Below are positions 1 through 12,043 of a stretch of DNA of 64,000 bases, piece by piece (position 1 is the first letter of the stretch; each line of letters begins with the position of its first letter). The stretch covers positions 49,662,001 through 49,726,000 of the forward strand of contig OZ287757.1 of assembly GCA_965649765.1 (NCBI GenBank), in the 5' to 3' direction. This DNA is from Bispira polyomma (lineage: Eukaryota). The notes beneath the pieces were generated by a model. The model was not told the origin of the DNA. It saw only the letters and a list, made by a program, of their open reading frames with translations, and made no database searches. Made by a program: the position numbers and the translations under genes.

Positions 1-521
1 ACGAGTCTGAAAATCAGTCGCCGATACAAAAGCCAATATTTGGTTATCTCAGCAAGAGAGCGACTAATCCCTAATCGGTTGTGCAAACAGTCCCCGAGCT
101 GACTCACTACGTGTTGCCGATATGTCTATCAACAAAAGAAAATCCTCGATGGGTATTCATTGATCTCCATTCAGTCTCTAACCAGTCTGCAACTAATCCC
201 CAAGTGGACTTGCCACCACACACCACTTATCAAATTATCTGGAGCACGCTCTTCTATTATTTGAAAAACCTTGCCCACCGGTCGGCGACCAATCAGAAAC
301 CTCCTGCAGAACAACTAAAGAGCCAAAAAAGGCTGGTCGGCGATAGGTCTTACAGGGTATAAATAGAGGGTCTTTGCTATTAGGCGATCAGTTTCATGAA
401 GTCTTTTGTTGTACGTGGACGTTTTCTACTTCTGGATATTATAGATTTTGAGTTGTTTTGAGTTGTTTAAAAACTTTTATTTGGATAAAATAATGCTTCC
501 TAAAGTGATAACTAAAAATGG

Positions 522-1885
522 ATGGGGAAGGGGAAGAAGAAGGGAGACACTGAGGAAATTCTTCTCTCTCAGGAAACCATGTTTCAGACAGAAACTGAGT
601 TGGCTGGAGGTGTGTCAAAAATTACTGAAGCCAATATCACAGCTGAGGGTGAGGGTACTGGCACCATTGTACCAGAGGGTCCACCAGAAACAGCTCCAAC
701 TGAGGGAGGACCCACCACTGTCACTACAGAGACTGAAACCACTCTGGTGAAGGATACATTTACCTCTGGGAGTGTGGACCGGTCCCCTCCAGGGGATGAC
801 GAGGAGGAGGAGGACAAGGACAAATATGGAGGGTCACCAAGAAACCAAAGGTCACCGACCAAATGTCTGAAGAGCAAGAGCAGCAATTGATGGACTTCTT
901 TGCGGCATAGTCTATGTTCTATGACCAGTCGCTGTGGGACTTCAAGAACAGAGCCAAGAAGTCCCGGGTGCTGGCCAAACAAGGAGTAATTATGAGGCTC
1001 ACTGGTAAGTTGCATTTATATCTAATTAAAATTGTCACTGCATATATTTCAGCTTTGTAGTAGGCTTAGATTATAATGTTTGTAGTTTTAAAAAGTTTAT
1101 CAAAAGTCAAATGTGTAGTTATGTAATTCACTTTAGCTTTAAAATATCAAATTACTCTCAGTAAATTTGTTTTATATAATTTTCTTATCCTGCTTGTTTC
1201 TAGTAATAACTTACATTAATGTATAATTGTCTCTGCATGTATTTCAGTTTTACATTGGTTCAGATTGTATTTAATTTTAAGAAAGTTTTCAAATGTTATT
1301 CTCCGGTTACTGCTAGTAATAACTTGCATTAATGTATAATTAATACCGAATTTAATTTTAAGAAAGTCGTCAAATATTATTCTCCGGGTTTTTGCTAGTA
1401 ATAACTTGCATTAATGTATAATTCATACCTAATTACAAGTGTAACTGCATGTGTCTTAGCTTAACAATATTATTGGATTGACCAGTAACCAGTAATTGTG
1501 TACTATAACATTTTATTTACAGACCAGAGCTATTGCTGTGACTGAGTTTATTATGTACTTACACAAATACTTACCCAATACTTACCATTGTACTTAACAG
1601 CTGTACTTGATCTTTTTTCATTAGATAACCGGATTATCACCTCTTTCATCTTTATGAGGACCTCCTATGGCAAACTCAAAAAGAAAATCATGTCCGGCCA
1701 GGCAACCAAGGCTCCAACTGCTTGCAAGAGATGGACACTGGCATCATTCCAATTCCTTGAGGCGCATCTGGTGGCTCGGTCTGAGATTAGAAGGTTGGGG
1801 CTTGCGCCTCCCCTGCCAAACATAGGTGACTTGGAGGACGATGACGAGTTCTCCAATCTGGCCACAGCTTCTTCTTTTGATGTCA
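522..1885 (+). pseudogene. MADF/Myb-SANT DNA-binding protein pseudogene, PIF/Harbinger-transposon type (exon to 1004, intron 1005-1624, exon from 1625)
   Basis: Acidic N-terminal ORF 522-890 shifts near 830 into KKPKVTDQMSEEQEQQLMDFFAA*SMFYDQSLWDFKNRAKKSRVL; donor ACTG|GTAAGT (1004/1005) and acceptor TTTTCATTAG|AT (1624/1625) are both phase 1 and join to DNRII..MRTSYGKLKKKIMSGQ..RWTLASFQFLEAHL, a MADF-like pattern. One frameshift and one stop; truncated near 1900. Confidence 0.65.
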
Positions 1886-2320
1886 ACTTCTGGATTGTAG
1901 AAGAGAGTCTTTTTTTAAATGGTGTAATAGCACAAAGAGAGTTCCAGGCTACCTTACATTTTATTTTATGTTAAAAACTGACTCAGGACTTATATGTGAA
2001 AAAATTAAAATATAGATATTTTAAACATGACCCCAAACCACACATTTGTAAATTGTGTAATATCCAATATTTCTATCGGAATATTTTTACAATCTGTGAA
2101 TAAAAAAATTTTTTGCACAAAAGGTTGCCCATTTTATTATTTATTTAATTCAAATTTACCACATTCATTAAATTGCCTATTTTATGAATGGGACAAATTT
2201 TCTTGCCCTTTCGCCAAATGGGCAATTTCACGAATTGGGTGAAAGATATACATATGGTTATTGATATTTTATCAAATGATATATTATAATATTAAATGAT
2301 TATGCTTGTTTTCCCTGTAG

Positions 2321-2597
2321 TTATATAGCAAAAATGGAAACCACTAATGCTGATATGGAATATATCCTGAATACCACATTGTCGGGTTTAGGTACTACTA
2401 AACACATGGCAAAGAGTGCATCTAAAGACCACATTGGTGAACGGTTAACTTTATTCAACTTACTGGACAACAAGGCACTCTATGTCAACAAATTTAGCCA
2501 AAAATATCACAAAGACATGAAGCTATTTGGATATGATATTGCCAATGTAAATGGAACATGTTACGCAACATGCAAAGATGGAACAATGACATGCTGA
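2321..2597 (+). pseudogene. Orphan copy of the last coding exon of sulfotransferase paralogue B
   Basis: Acceptor TTTCCCTGTAG at 2320; reads YIAKMETTNADMEYIL...KDMKLFGY...TC*; 277 nt with 7 differences from 41076-41352. The upstream exons are absent because the arm begins inside the preceding intron. Confidence 0.85.
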
Positions 2598-3319
2598 AAA
2601 TAGGAAAAAGAACAATGTTGGGCCATATCAGTAGATTATCCGGGCATATTATATGTAAATATCTATGGGATTTTAAAGACCTCATTTTGTACTGGACCAC
2701 ATTATAATTGAAGTGACTCGAGACACATGTCCAAAGTACCAAAGTTGGGCAACACCTTTGGTTTACCGTGACCATTGTCATATTATTATACCTGGAAATA
2801 ATGTAAAAGTTCAAAATTGAAACTTGTGGAAAAGATAACTATTTTACAATTTTTAAGACATTCACCAGAATTAGGTTTTTCCTATTGGCCAACTTTTAGT
2901 TAAAAGATGAATAGGACTGTAAACTTTCACTGGTAAGAACTAATTTTCACTACCAAGCTCATTAGCTAGAATAGCCGAACATCACTTTTCCACCTAGTGA
3001 AAATTTCCAGTTGATTTAAAACAGATTGTACCAAATTATAACATATTTTGCAATGCAAAAAGTAATATCATACCGCCTGTACTAATCCAGGCTAGAATAG
3101 CTCAAAATTAATTCCCAATGAATATTGTTCCTAATTCAATATACTGAGATGAATATTTTTATTTTATTTATGACCGATTGTACTATACACATGATCATGT
3201 AAATAAATAATTTAAATCTCTCTTTAGGGGAAAGCATTACCCAGTTATTTCCCACAGTACTGTTTTTTAATATTAACTGATGGCAGCAGCAGCAGCAGCT
3301 TATTGGGAATAAGCCCTGT

Positions 3320-3505
3320 TTTACTGGCATCTCACCAATGTGGGTTTCGAATCCTGTCTGGTATGTCATGGGCAAAAGTTTGTCAATTACATGCTCTAGA
3401 TTGGTGGTTTACAGTGCTTTAGCATTGGTGTCTACCACCATTGAAACTGGCCGTCATTATATGAATTAAGCTTTTGAAAGTGACATAAAACCCAAATAAA
3501 TTAAG
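3320..3505 (+). mobile_element. Degenerate tRNA-derived SINE (mirror copy ~39340-39520, minus strand)
   Basis: B-box-like GGGTTTCGAATCC, and body/tail (gaaagtgacataaaacccaaat) resembling the SINE at 60867-61129. Confidence 0.55.
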
Positions 3506-4635
3506 GATCAAACTAACATAAAATTGATTTTAAGAAATTTGTAAAATAAAAAATGTATTTAATCTCAATTTGTTTTTTGGTCATTTCTGAATCACTACCA
3601 GAATTAAGAATGTTGCAAATTAAGAAAATTCCATTTTTATTGTATTTTTGTTTTGGCATTCTTGTATCATAAAGAGGAAGGTCAATAGTAGTGTCATATG
3701 ATAATCGTTTATAACAAAAAAATCACATATGAAGTATTACTTTTTGGTGCACATCCCAGTCAATATGCGAAAAATAGGCTGATAAAAGCGAGTTGATTCA
3801 GATGTTTTTTTAGCTTTTTCCTGAAGCCTGTAATCCTTGTCTCAGTGCGAAGATTAGTAAAGAGACTGGACAAAAGAAGTCGAGATGATTTTCTCTGGTA
3901 ACATTCCTGAGAAACAGCAAAGATGATCAGTAGGCTGGTTGCTGAACATTGACAGTCATTAAAATGAGGACATTTACCTTGAATTTAATACGGAACTCAA
4001 TAGCAGCCAGTGCATTTTTCAAGCAGAGGTGGCATATGTCAGCGGGAACCAGCATGGCACACAATTCTGCAGGTTGTTTTGAATGTTTTGCAGCTTGTTT
4101 TTAACCACACCTGTCCAATTACATACATTAGTGAGTTGTAGTAATTAAGTCGGCTTGTAACCAGGGCATTTGCAACCTACAACAGTATTTTACAAATTTA
4201 GGCATCAACAAATCCTAAAAATTTTTAGGATTTTGCAGCAGCAGGATTGACAGATGCTTTACACATTTCTTAAAGGAGAAATCAGAATTAAAAGTGTGTT
4301 TATCTGGGTTTTCATTTCATCCTTTTTTCAATTTTATCCTTTAAGTTTCTTTTTTCTTTTCGATCAACAGCATTTTTTTGTTATGGAGGTATCATCAGTG
4401 ACATAAGTCATATTTCAAAATCATTATTACCAACAGCTATGCCTATCATTTTTTCATTGTTTTGTATTAGTTTGGTAAATATTTATGTATAAATTACACC
4501 CCTTTTAAAATTTATTGAATTTAACACCACTCCCACTTGTGGCACTTTTGCTTCAATGTCTGTATTGACAATTATATCCATTTAAGGAATTTAGCACTGA
4601 TTCCAAATATATATATACCTACATAACATATTTGA

Positions 4636-4770
4636 GGCTGCGGTGGCCTAGTGGTTAGCAAGCATTGCGCTTCACAATCACTGGTCTCTCATCTCCAGGC
4701 GGAGTGAGTTAGACTCCTGTTGATGCCTATGTGGGAAAGGTGGCAGTTCCTTACTGTGGGCCACTGGTTA
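4636..4770 (+). mobile_element. 3'-truncated tRNA-derived SINE, same family as 60867-61129
   Basis: Aligns with the first ~135 nt of the 60867 copy (ggtggcctagtggttagcaagcattgcgcttcacaatcact...tatgtgggaaaggtgg); absent from the right arm. Confidence 0.85.
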
Positions 4771-5364
4771 AGGTACTGGGTCAGGGGGGTAATTTAAACA
4801 TAGGGGTTATTTAAACTCTTTGCACAATTATACAGCATAATTAATGTGTATTTTTAGTCTATGTCCAACTATTGACGTTATGCCCATGATATAAACAACT
4901 TTTCTCAAACACATTTCCTTAGCATTGAAATGTTTATAGATTTTTCAGAGTTAATTTGATGCAGTTCAAATTTTAAATGGATATTTACAACAATTCATCT
5001 GTAATTGCTATAATATTAACAAAAAAACATCTGTATGGATTTTAGTGTTTCCATTGATGAACATAAAGTGAAATAAATAGATTTGTCAATGCTGCCAATT
5101 CTTAATATATATATTTTGTTAACATAACTAAGAATTAAGTAAAAGTTGGGAAATATGCAAACGAGCCGAACAACATGACCAAGTATTCGAGGAATGTTTT
5201 CGCACAAACACAAATAATATCAACAATCGAAACTATTAGAGCAAGTATTGTGAAATTTACCGCAACAAAAAGAATTTGCCACTGGGGTCACCCCTTAAAA
5301 TTAAGCACCAAGAAGCAGAATTCACTAAAACTTTGTATTACATGAAAAAAATGGCCTAAAATTG

Positions 5365-5830
5365 TCACAGTTCCAGGTTAAAGAAGGTAAGCCCTAGAGG
5401 ACGCAGGAAAGAACATATATGCGGAATATGAGTTTATTTACAAAACACATCGATTGAAACTACTATTAAATATATACACATCCAGATTATACTACTACTG
5501 TATGAATGTTTTACTACAATAATAAAATAATAATTTACATAAAAATTATACATTACTATGACCTCAACTGAGTTTGAGGTGGGAGTTAAAAAACAGTTTA
5601 AGGTTGCCTAAAGTGACTTTACCATTACAAAAAGACTTAATTTAAGTGGCAACCACAATTTAAGTTTAAGCTGACCTTAAATAATTTAAGGTTACCTAAA
5701 GTTTTAACTTAAAGTGAAAACAATAAATTCTAAATTTAAGATTGACTTTAAATTAAATTTTTCTGGAGGTAGCCTTAACTCCAGGTTAGGGCAACTAAAT
5801 TTTTGATTAAAAGTTCGAGTGTTGCACTGC
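5365..5830 (-). mobile_element. Probable 3' UTR relic of a YR retrotransposon, inside a left-arm-specific 1.6 kb segment (~5320-6925)
   Basis: Repeated AAGGTTACC/GGCAACC/ACCTTAA motifs like the 3' UTR of the element at 34070-34380; minus-strand AATAAA followed by ..cctctagggcttaccttct, similar to that element's 3' end. Confidence 0.4.
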
Positions 5831-6618
5831 AACTTAGAGTACTCAGGTCCTAATGGGATACCTGAATACATTATGGAAAAGAGTTAATTACTTAGTTTTT
5901 TATAAGTTATTGCAGATATGCAATTAACTGAGAAGTAGTTCAGCACCCCTTTAAAAGTTACAAACTAAAATCATTAAAAACAATTAATACCAAAATAGTT
6001 GATACAACAGTTGTTAGCATAATTCATTATAACATGACATCATAAAAACATTTATTTTTGTCTAGAAATTTCCCTGATGTTATGCAAAATCAGGGGACCA
6101 CCCACATTCTAGCTAAATAAGAATACGACCCTTAAGCAGCTGTGCAATACAGCCCCTTACTCTAAATGGAAGTATGACCCTTAAAGGTGGTTGGTCATGA
6201 GTGTGTTTCTGTTGAGAAATTTCCTTGTTGATGTTCCCATTCTGATGAGAGCAAAGGTGACCAGAGTGCAGCACCTTGCCCAGGACTACTGACCCGACAC
6301 AATGATATTACACATGATCCACCATGTTTACGACTGACTCCATATTTGTGCCGCCAGCGGGTGGAAACGAGAAATTGACGTGGTGCACTCCGTGGCAGTA
6401 TAGACAGTGTTCCCCAGGCACACACTAAAATGATAACATTCCACCCAACAATCAGCTGAGCAGACACCAGGGACTTCCACACAGCCACATCTCAGCTGGG
6501 ACATTGATGTTTTGGTTATCTACTTCTGAACTTCATCATGCCCAGTTGCACAGGATCTGAAACTAACAGCTTCATTGGTTAGTGATGAATGACGCAGTGT
6601 TGCCCTGCGTCCACAAAG

Positions 6619-6807
6619 GAGGGGGGGGAACCACTAATGGGAGGGGAAATAAATAATTTTGTAATGTCACAAAAAAAGGACTTTAAAAAAATAATATTTA
6701 GTTAGGGTGGGGGGCGGGGGGGGGGAACCACTAATGGGAGGGAAAATAAATAATTTTGTAATGTCACCAAAAAGGACTTTAAAAAAATAATATTTAGTTA
6801 GGGTGGA
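6619..6807. repeat. Two-copy tandem duplication (~97 bp) bounded by G-runs; further G-tract at 6901-6926
   Basis: ggggaaccactaatgggaggg(g)aaataaataattttgtaatgtcac..ttagttagggtgg occurs twice. Confidence 0.9.
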
Positions 6808-7749
6808 CCAGGAACTGAAGAACAGTGACCCGTTGGGTAACAGCCCCCACAAAAATTACAAATCCTATAAGAATGTCACATAATTGAAAGCAAAGTTACA
6901 GGGGGCGGGGGGGGGGGGGGGGGGGATTTCACATACTGTGGTGAGTTTTACATTTGCTATTCTATCAACTAGACATCTAATACCAATAATGTTAGTTTGG
7001 TCAAATTTGACATTGGCCCGGTTTATTTGGGGTAATTAATGGGTGGCTTAGCTTACAAGGATTCTTTTTTTCAGATTTTTCATCAGTGCCTCACCTAGTG
7101 TTTTAAGTCAACATGCGCGGTCATTATGCATATTAATTTATTCCACTATGTTAGATCCAGTCACTATATAAAAACTTAAAATATATGTAAATAAAAGATT
7201 AAGGCCACCTTAAATTATTGGTTTAGCTTTTCAGTATGTGTTTAAGTTCACGCCTTTTACTTTAAGATCAGGTTACTGATTCATTGATTTAAGATAACCT
7301 GATACATTAAGGTTTACTTTAGGTAAAGTGGCCTTTTTTGACTTGGAGTAATTATTAGTTATTCTATAGTGTATACAAAATAGTATTTAAATTGTAGGAA
7401 CTAAAAGCACCAGTCATTTAAAAACATACAAAGATACCCTCAAGCTAAAAACCTAGTCTAGACTCACATACAGGGTCCACTTTCAATGGAAAGTCTTTTA
7501 AGTGCAACTACCTGCTTCCTACCTGGCTGAACCTTACGCTACTACTATTATGTACATAGTGCCATATGTAGGCAGCATGTGTAGAAACATGGAAAATTTT
7601 GACACTTTTAATGTATGTGTAAAAATTACATATGTAGTGCTAATAGTAGCATAGATGGTCATTAAAAGAAAATTTGCTGTGAAATTGTGATTAGTAGTGA
7701 CTGTCATTACAGCTGTCGTGTAGAAATGTGTGTCAAGTGGTACTTGGGA

Positions 7750-9920
7750 CAATTCACCAATGTTTCAATACACAAGAAATGGCATCTTAACAATAAGAGA
7801 TATTAAATCAGAAACTAGAATACATCAAGATATAACTAGAACTATAAAAAGCCTGGGGTTAAATGATAAATCAACAAGAAGTGGCAAAAGAGGAGGATTA
7901 AAAATATCACATCAACTGGAAAGACCTGGTGTTAATGAAAGCAATTTGAACATTAAATTTTAACCAGTCCCCAATCACCAGTCAAACTGTTATCCCATGG
8001 GAGTGTTCTTTCACGACTTCTGTGAAGTACTGTACATTATCTGTGCAAGGAATGAGCAGTTGCTTATACTAGGTGATTTTAACTTTCACTTTGAAAAAAT
8101 CAATGATGACAACTGCTGACATCTTGATGAGATATTAGACACATATGACCTAGTTCAACATGCACAAGGTCCCACCCACCAATCTGGTAATATTTTGGAT
8201 CGGATTATTACAAGGAAGGATGGTGGACTAATTTTATCCACTCCTGTAGATGATCTTTACATCTCAGACCATGTGTTACTCATCTATGATATTAAGCTCT
8301 GTAAACCTCTCCCTGAAAAGAAAAGAGTATCTTATAGAAAAATTAACAGCATTGACATTGACCTTTTTAGGTAGGACATACAGGCATCTGAACTTATTAC
8401 TAAACCTACCAAAGATGTGGATCTACTTGGTAATCAATACAATCAGTATTTATTTAACATTTTGGACAAGCATTTACCTCTTATTGACTGCTTTATATAA
8501 GAAAAAAGCCAAAACAACCATTGAACTGTGACCAAATCAAGATTAAAAAGCGGAATAGTGAAAACAGGATCTGGTGAATAGCTTCAGTAGTTTCTTTGTT
8601 GAAAAGATTGATAATATTAGAAAGAATTTTTTGGACTGTAGTCAAACAAAAGGAGGGGTCTGTATGGGAGCATCTGCAGCTCAGTTTACACAGTTCCGGA
8701 CATTGTCTCACAATGAGGTAGCTGAACTCATTACCAGATCTCCATTGAAATCCTGCTCTTTTCATATAAGCTATTGTCACACTAATTCTCAAAAAAGAAT
8801 GGGCTGATCCTGTGTTCAAGAACTTTTGCCCAATTTCAAACCTACCTTTCTCTTAAAGCTTGTAGAAAAGGTTGTATGCCAACATGGCAACAACTTTCAA
8901 AATTTATGGATTCAAATAGCCTAAATGAACCTTATCAATTCGTACAGACCCTGTCACTCCACTGGAACAGCGGTATTGAGGGTGGTAAATGATATTCTGC
9001 TTAAACTGGATAACAAGAAAGTTGTTCTGTTGACACTTCTAAACATCTAACTATAACTCTTTTAACATCTCTCAGCAGCCTTTCACACAGTCGATCATAA
9101 ATTCCTCTTAAACAGAGTAACGTGTATGGCATACAAGGCACAGCTCACAGGTGGTTTCACTTATACCTGGATAAAAGAAGTTAAAGTGTAGTGATAGATG
9201 GTGCTAAATCTAAACCACATACTTTGAAGTATAGTGTACATCAAGGGTCAGTCATGGGACCTGACTTCTACCGCAAATATACCAAGCCAGTGGCTGGGAT
9301 TATAGAACACCATACAATATGTCATTCAATATCACATTTTATGCTATAGACTCACAACTCCATACATCCCTCAGTCCCAGAATAGACAATCAAGCTGATA
9401 TAATATGCAATATTGAAAACTGCATTGATGCTATTAGCAAGTGGATGAGTAACAACAAATTGAAATAAAACCAGCATAAAACTGAATTTATATTACTCGC
9501 CTATTCCATCCACCGAGGTAAAATGTCAATCAAGTCCATAAAAGTAAGCGAGTCTCTCATTTCGAGTAAATATGTCAGGTATCTAGGAGTGTTTATTGAC
9601 CAAGCCCTCAATATGAAAAAGCATGTCAGTAAACTTTGCAGATCCTGTTACTTTCAGCTAAACAACATCCGATACATTAGATCAAATCTCTCAATGGATG
9701 CACCCAAAACAGTAGTTTAAGTCATGTCAAAATTAGACTATTTTAATAGTATTCTTTTGGCATATCAAAAAAAAAACTATTAGATAAACTACAAAGGGTT
9801 CAAAATTGTGCAGCTAGATCTGTGTTAGATTTAAATATGGACCAAAGACGTTCACTTAAATGCTTGAAAACACTGCTTTGGTTACCTGCCAAATACCGGA
9901 TTCAATACAAAATCGTTCTC
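7750..9920 (+). mobile_element. Degenerate L2/CR1-group LINE ORF2 (endonuclease + RT)
   Basis: RSGKRGG; ILGDFNFHFE; GPTHQSGNILD; ISDH; YRPCHSTGTAVLRVVNDIL; QGSVMGP; YLGVFIDQALNMKKHVSKLCRSCYFQL; LQRVQNCAAR; WLPAKYRIQYKI, broken by stops and frameshifts. Confidence 0.9.
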
Positions 9921-9929
9921 TCGAATAAT

Positions 9930-11420
9930 CAGACACTTTTACAATCAAACATTTCCCCTTTAGTCATACCCAACTCACAACCACAATTATACCCACAATT
10001 ATATATATATTTCATCTTGCAATCTTACCGCTTTCACCCATTATATTCTCGATCTTGCCATCGTTCCACTTTTTGCCCATATTACTTTTTCCGAGCCTGT
10101 GTCACAAAAAATATGTGTAATCAAATACCATAATATTGGAAACATCAACACTAACAAATTTTGTGATGACAATCTTGCATCTCATTTTATCAAACATCCA
10201 TGCATGAATGCATACAGCCTCAGTGTGCAATATATATATACTCTGTCCTCCATCCTTGACAGTCCTGCTCCATGGTTTTCCAAAACCCTTCCATTCTCAA
10301 ACACTGAATAACCTTACCCTGTCATCAAGGAAGATCATAAACACCACCTCATTTTTAACAGATAAACTAGGAAAATCCTCCATTGCTAAGATAAGCAAAC
10401 AAATAAACGTCAGCTTGAACGTCAATGGTGTTGCACCAAAACACTATTTAACAGAAAATGCTATAGAAAAGTCACACACTATTGTAATATGTTGATGGCT
10501 AAGGCCAAAGGAAAGCATTTCAACTTTTAAAAAAAAATGTTCACAGAGCCCTAAATGTTATGCTACTCCACCGTACATCTGACCAAGCTTCGCCTAATAA
10601 TCCCTGCCTTACATTTTAGCAGATCCATTTCAAAAATACGGGATGGCTTTTCAACAATGTCTTATTTCTGACCAACATCCCTGCATTACAAAGTTTCTAA
10701 TCTGCTCCAGTTCCACACATTTTCTGAGAATGATGTTCTCAAGCTCATAAAATCTTCTTCTATCAAATCCTGCCAACTAGATCCTATTCCTGCAATTATC
10801 CTAACTGACTGCCTGGACATTCTTATTACACCTATTACCAATATTATTAGCTGAATAATTATAGACTAGTCTCCAATCTCAGCTTTGTCTCTTGACTCTT
10901 TGATTAACCTGTCGCATAATAAATCTCAGTTCATCTTAGAACATTGCAAATTCACACCAATCTGCTAACAGAAAGTTCTACTCTACAGAAAAGTTCCTTC
11001 CTTTCCATCAATAATGACATAAACATTGCCTTTTATTGTGTTAAAACTGTATCACCTTTCTAGGTCCATCAGCAGCGTTCAATATAATTGACCTTAGTTT
11101 ACTATTTAGAAACCTTAAACAGTGGTTTGGACACTGGATGCCTGTATTGATATCTTCCTATAAACTTCAAAAAGTACATTGACTTACTATTCATCATTGA
11201 ATGTTTTTTACAATCCATGTCACCTCTATCAAAGCTGCTGTCTCTAATCAGCCCTCCTACCTTGCTACTTGTCTTTGGTTTAGTAACCTCAAGCGAGGAC
11301 AAAGACCACCTGTTTCGTCTATTAGACCCATCAATAGGGCTGGAGCTAGAGCTTTCGCAATTATTGCCCCAATGTTATGGAATATTTCACCGTTGATCAC
11401 TAGTAATAATTTTCCTTCAG
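9930..11420 (+). mobile_element. Second, more decayed L2/CR1-group LINE fragment
   Basis: SSSIKSCQLDPIPAIILTDCLDILITPITNII (10750-10850) and 3'-end motif GARAFAIIAPMLWN (11340-11385). Confidence 0.7.
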
Positions 11421-12043
11421 ACTAGTTTACCCCTGTAATTCCCTCCTTGTACACGCCCACATCCTTGCTAATGGCTTGGATGTGTTTTTGGACTTCTAGA
11501 TTGGTTAGCTAATTCTGTTGATGTGTCTTAGAAGGTGAGTCGCCTCAAACAGACATGTTAAAAATGTAAAATACAATTTTTTAAGTTATATATGGGTGGC
11601 ACACAAATCTAGCCACCATCATTTTCCAATATTAGCCAGGATTGATTTAAAAGCCACAAAGAACTTTTTTTCCAAGCTAGAACTTTTTGACATACAATTT
11701 GTAAACTAACCACTAATGAATGTATGACCATGCTCTGAAAGAAAATTATTTAACTTTGAAACAAACATAATATCATAAGAAAAACACGCCATGATGGTAC
11801 AGTGTTAACCACTTTTTACACTGCTCTATTATCAGTAAAACAATTGAAATCCTATAATGTTTGATTTGCCTCAAGTAACTTATTCAATCCATAACATGCC
11901 ACAAACATAAAAATATTGATTCTTTCAGCAAAGTACAACCTTGCCAACTAATCTTTGTGAAATTTGGAAAGGAAGTGCAATGTGTATATAGCTTTTAGGA
12001 GGTCTGTTGTTGTTTTGCTTTGTTTGTTAATTTGACACACATT

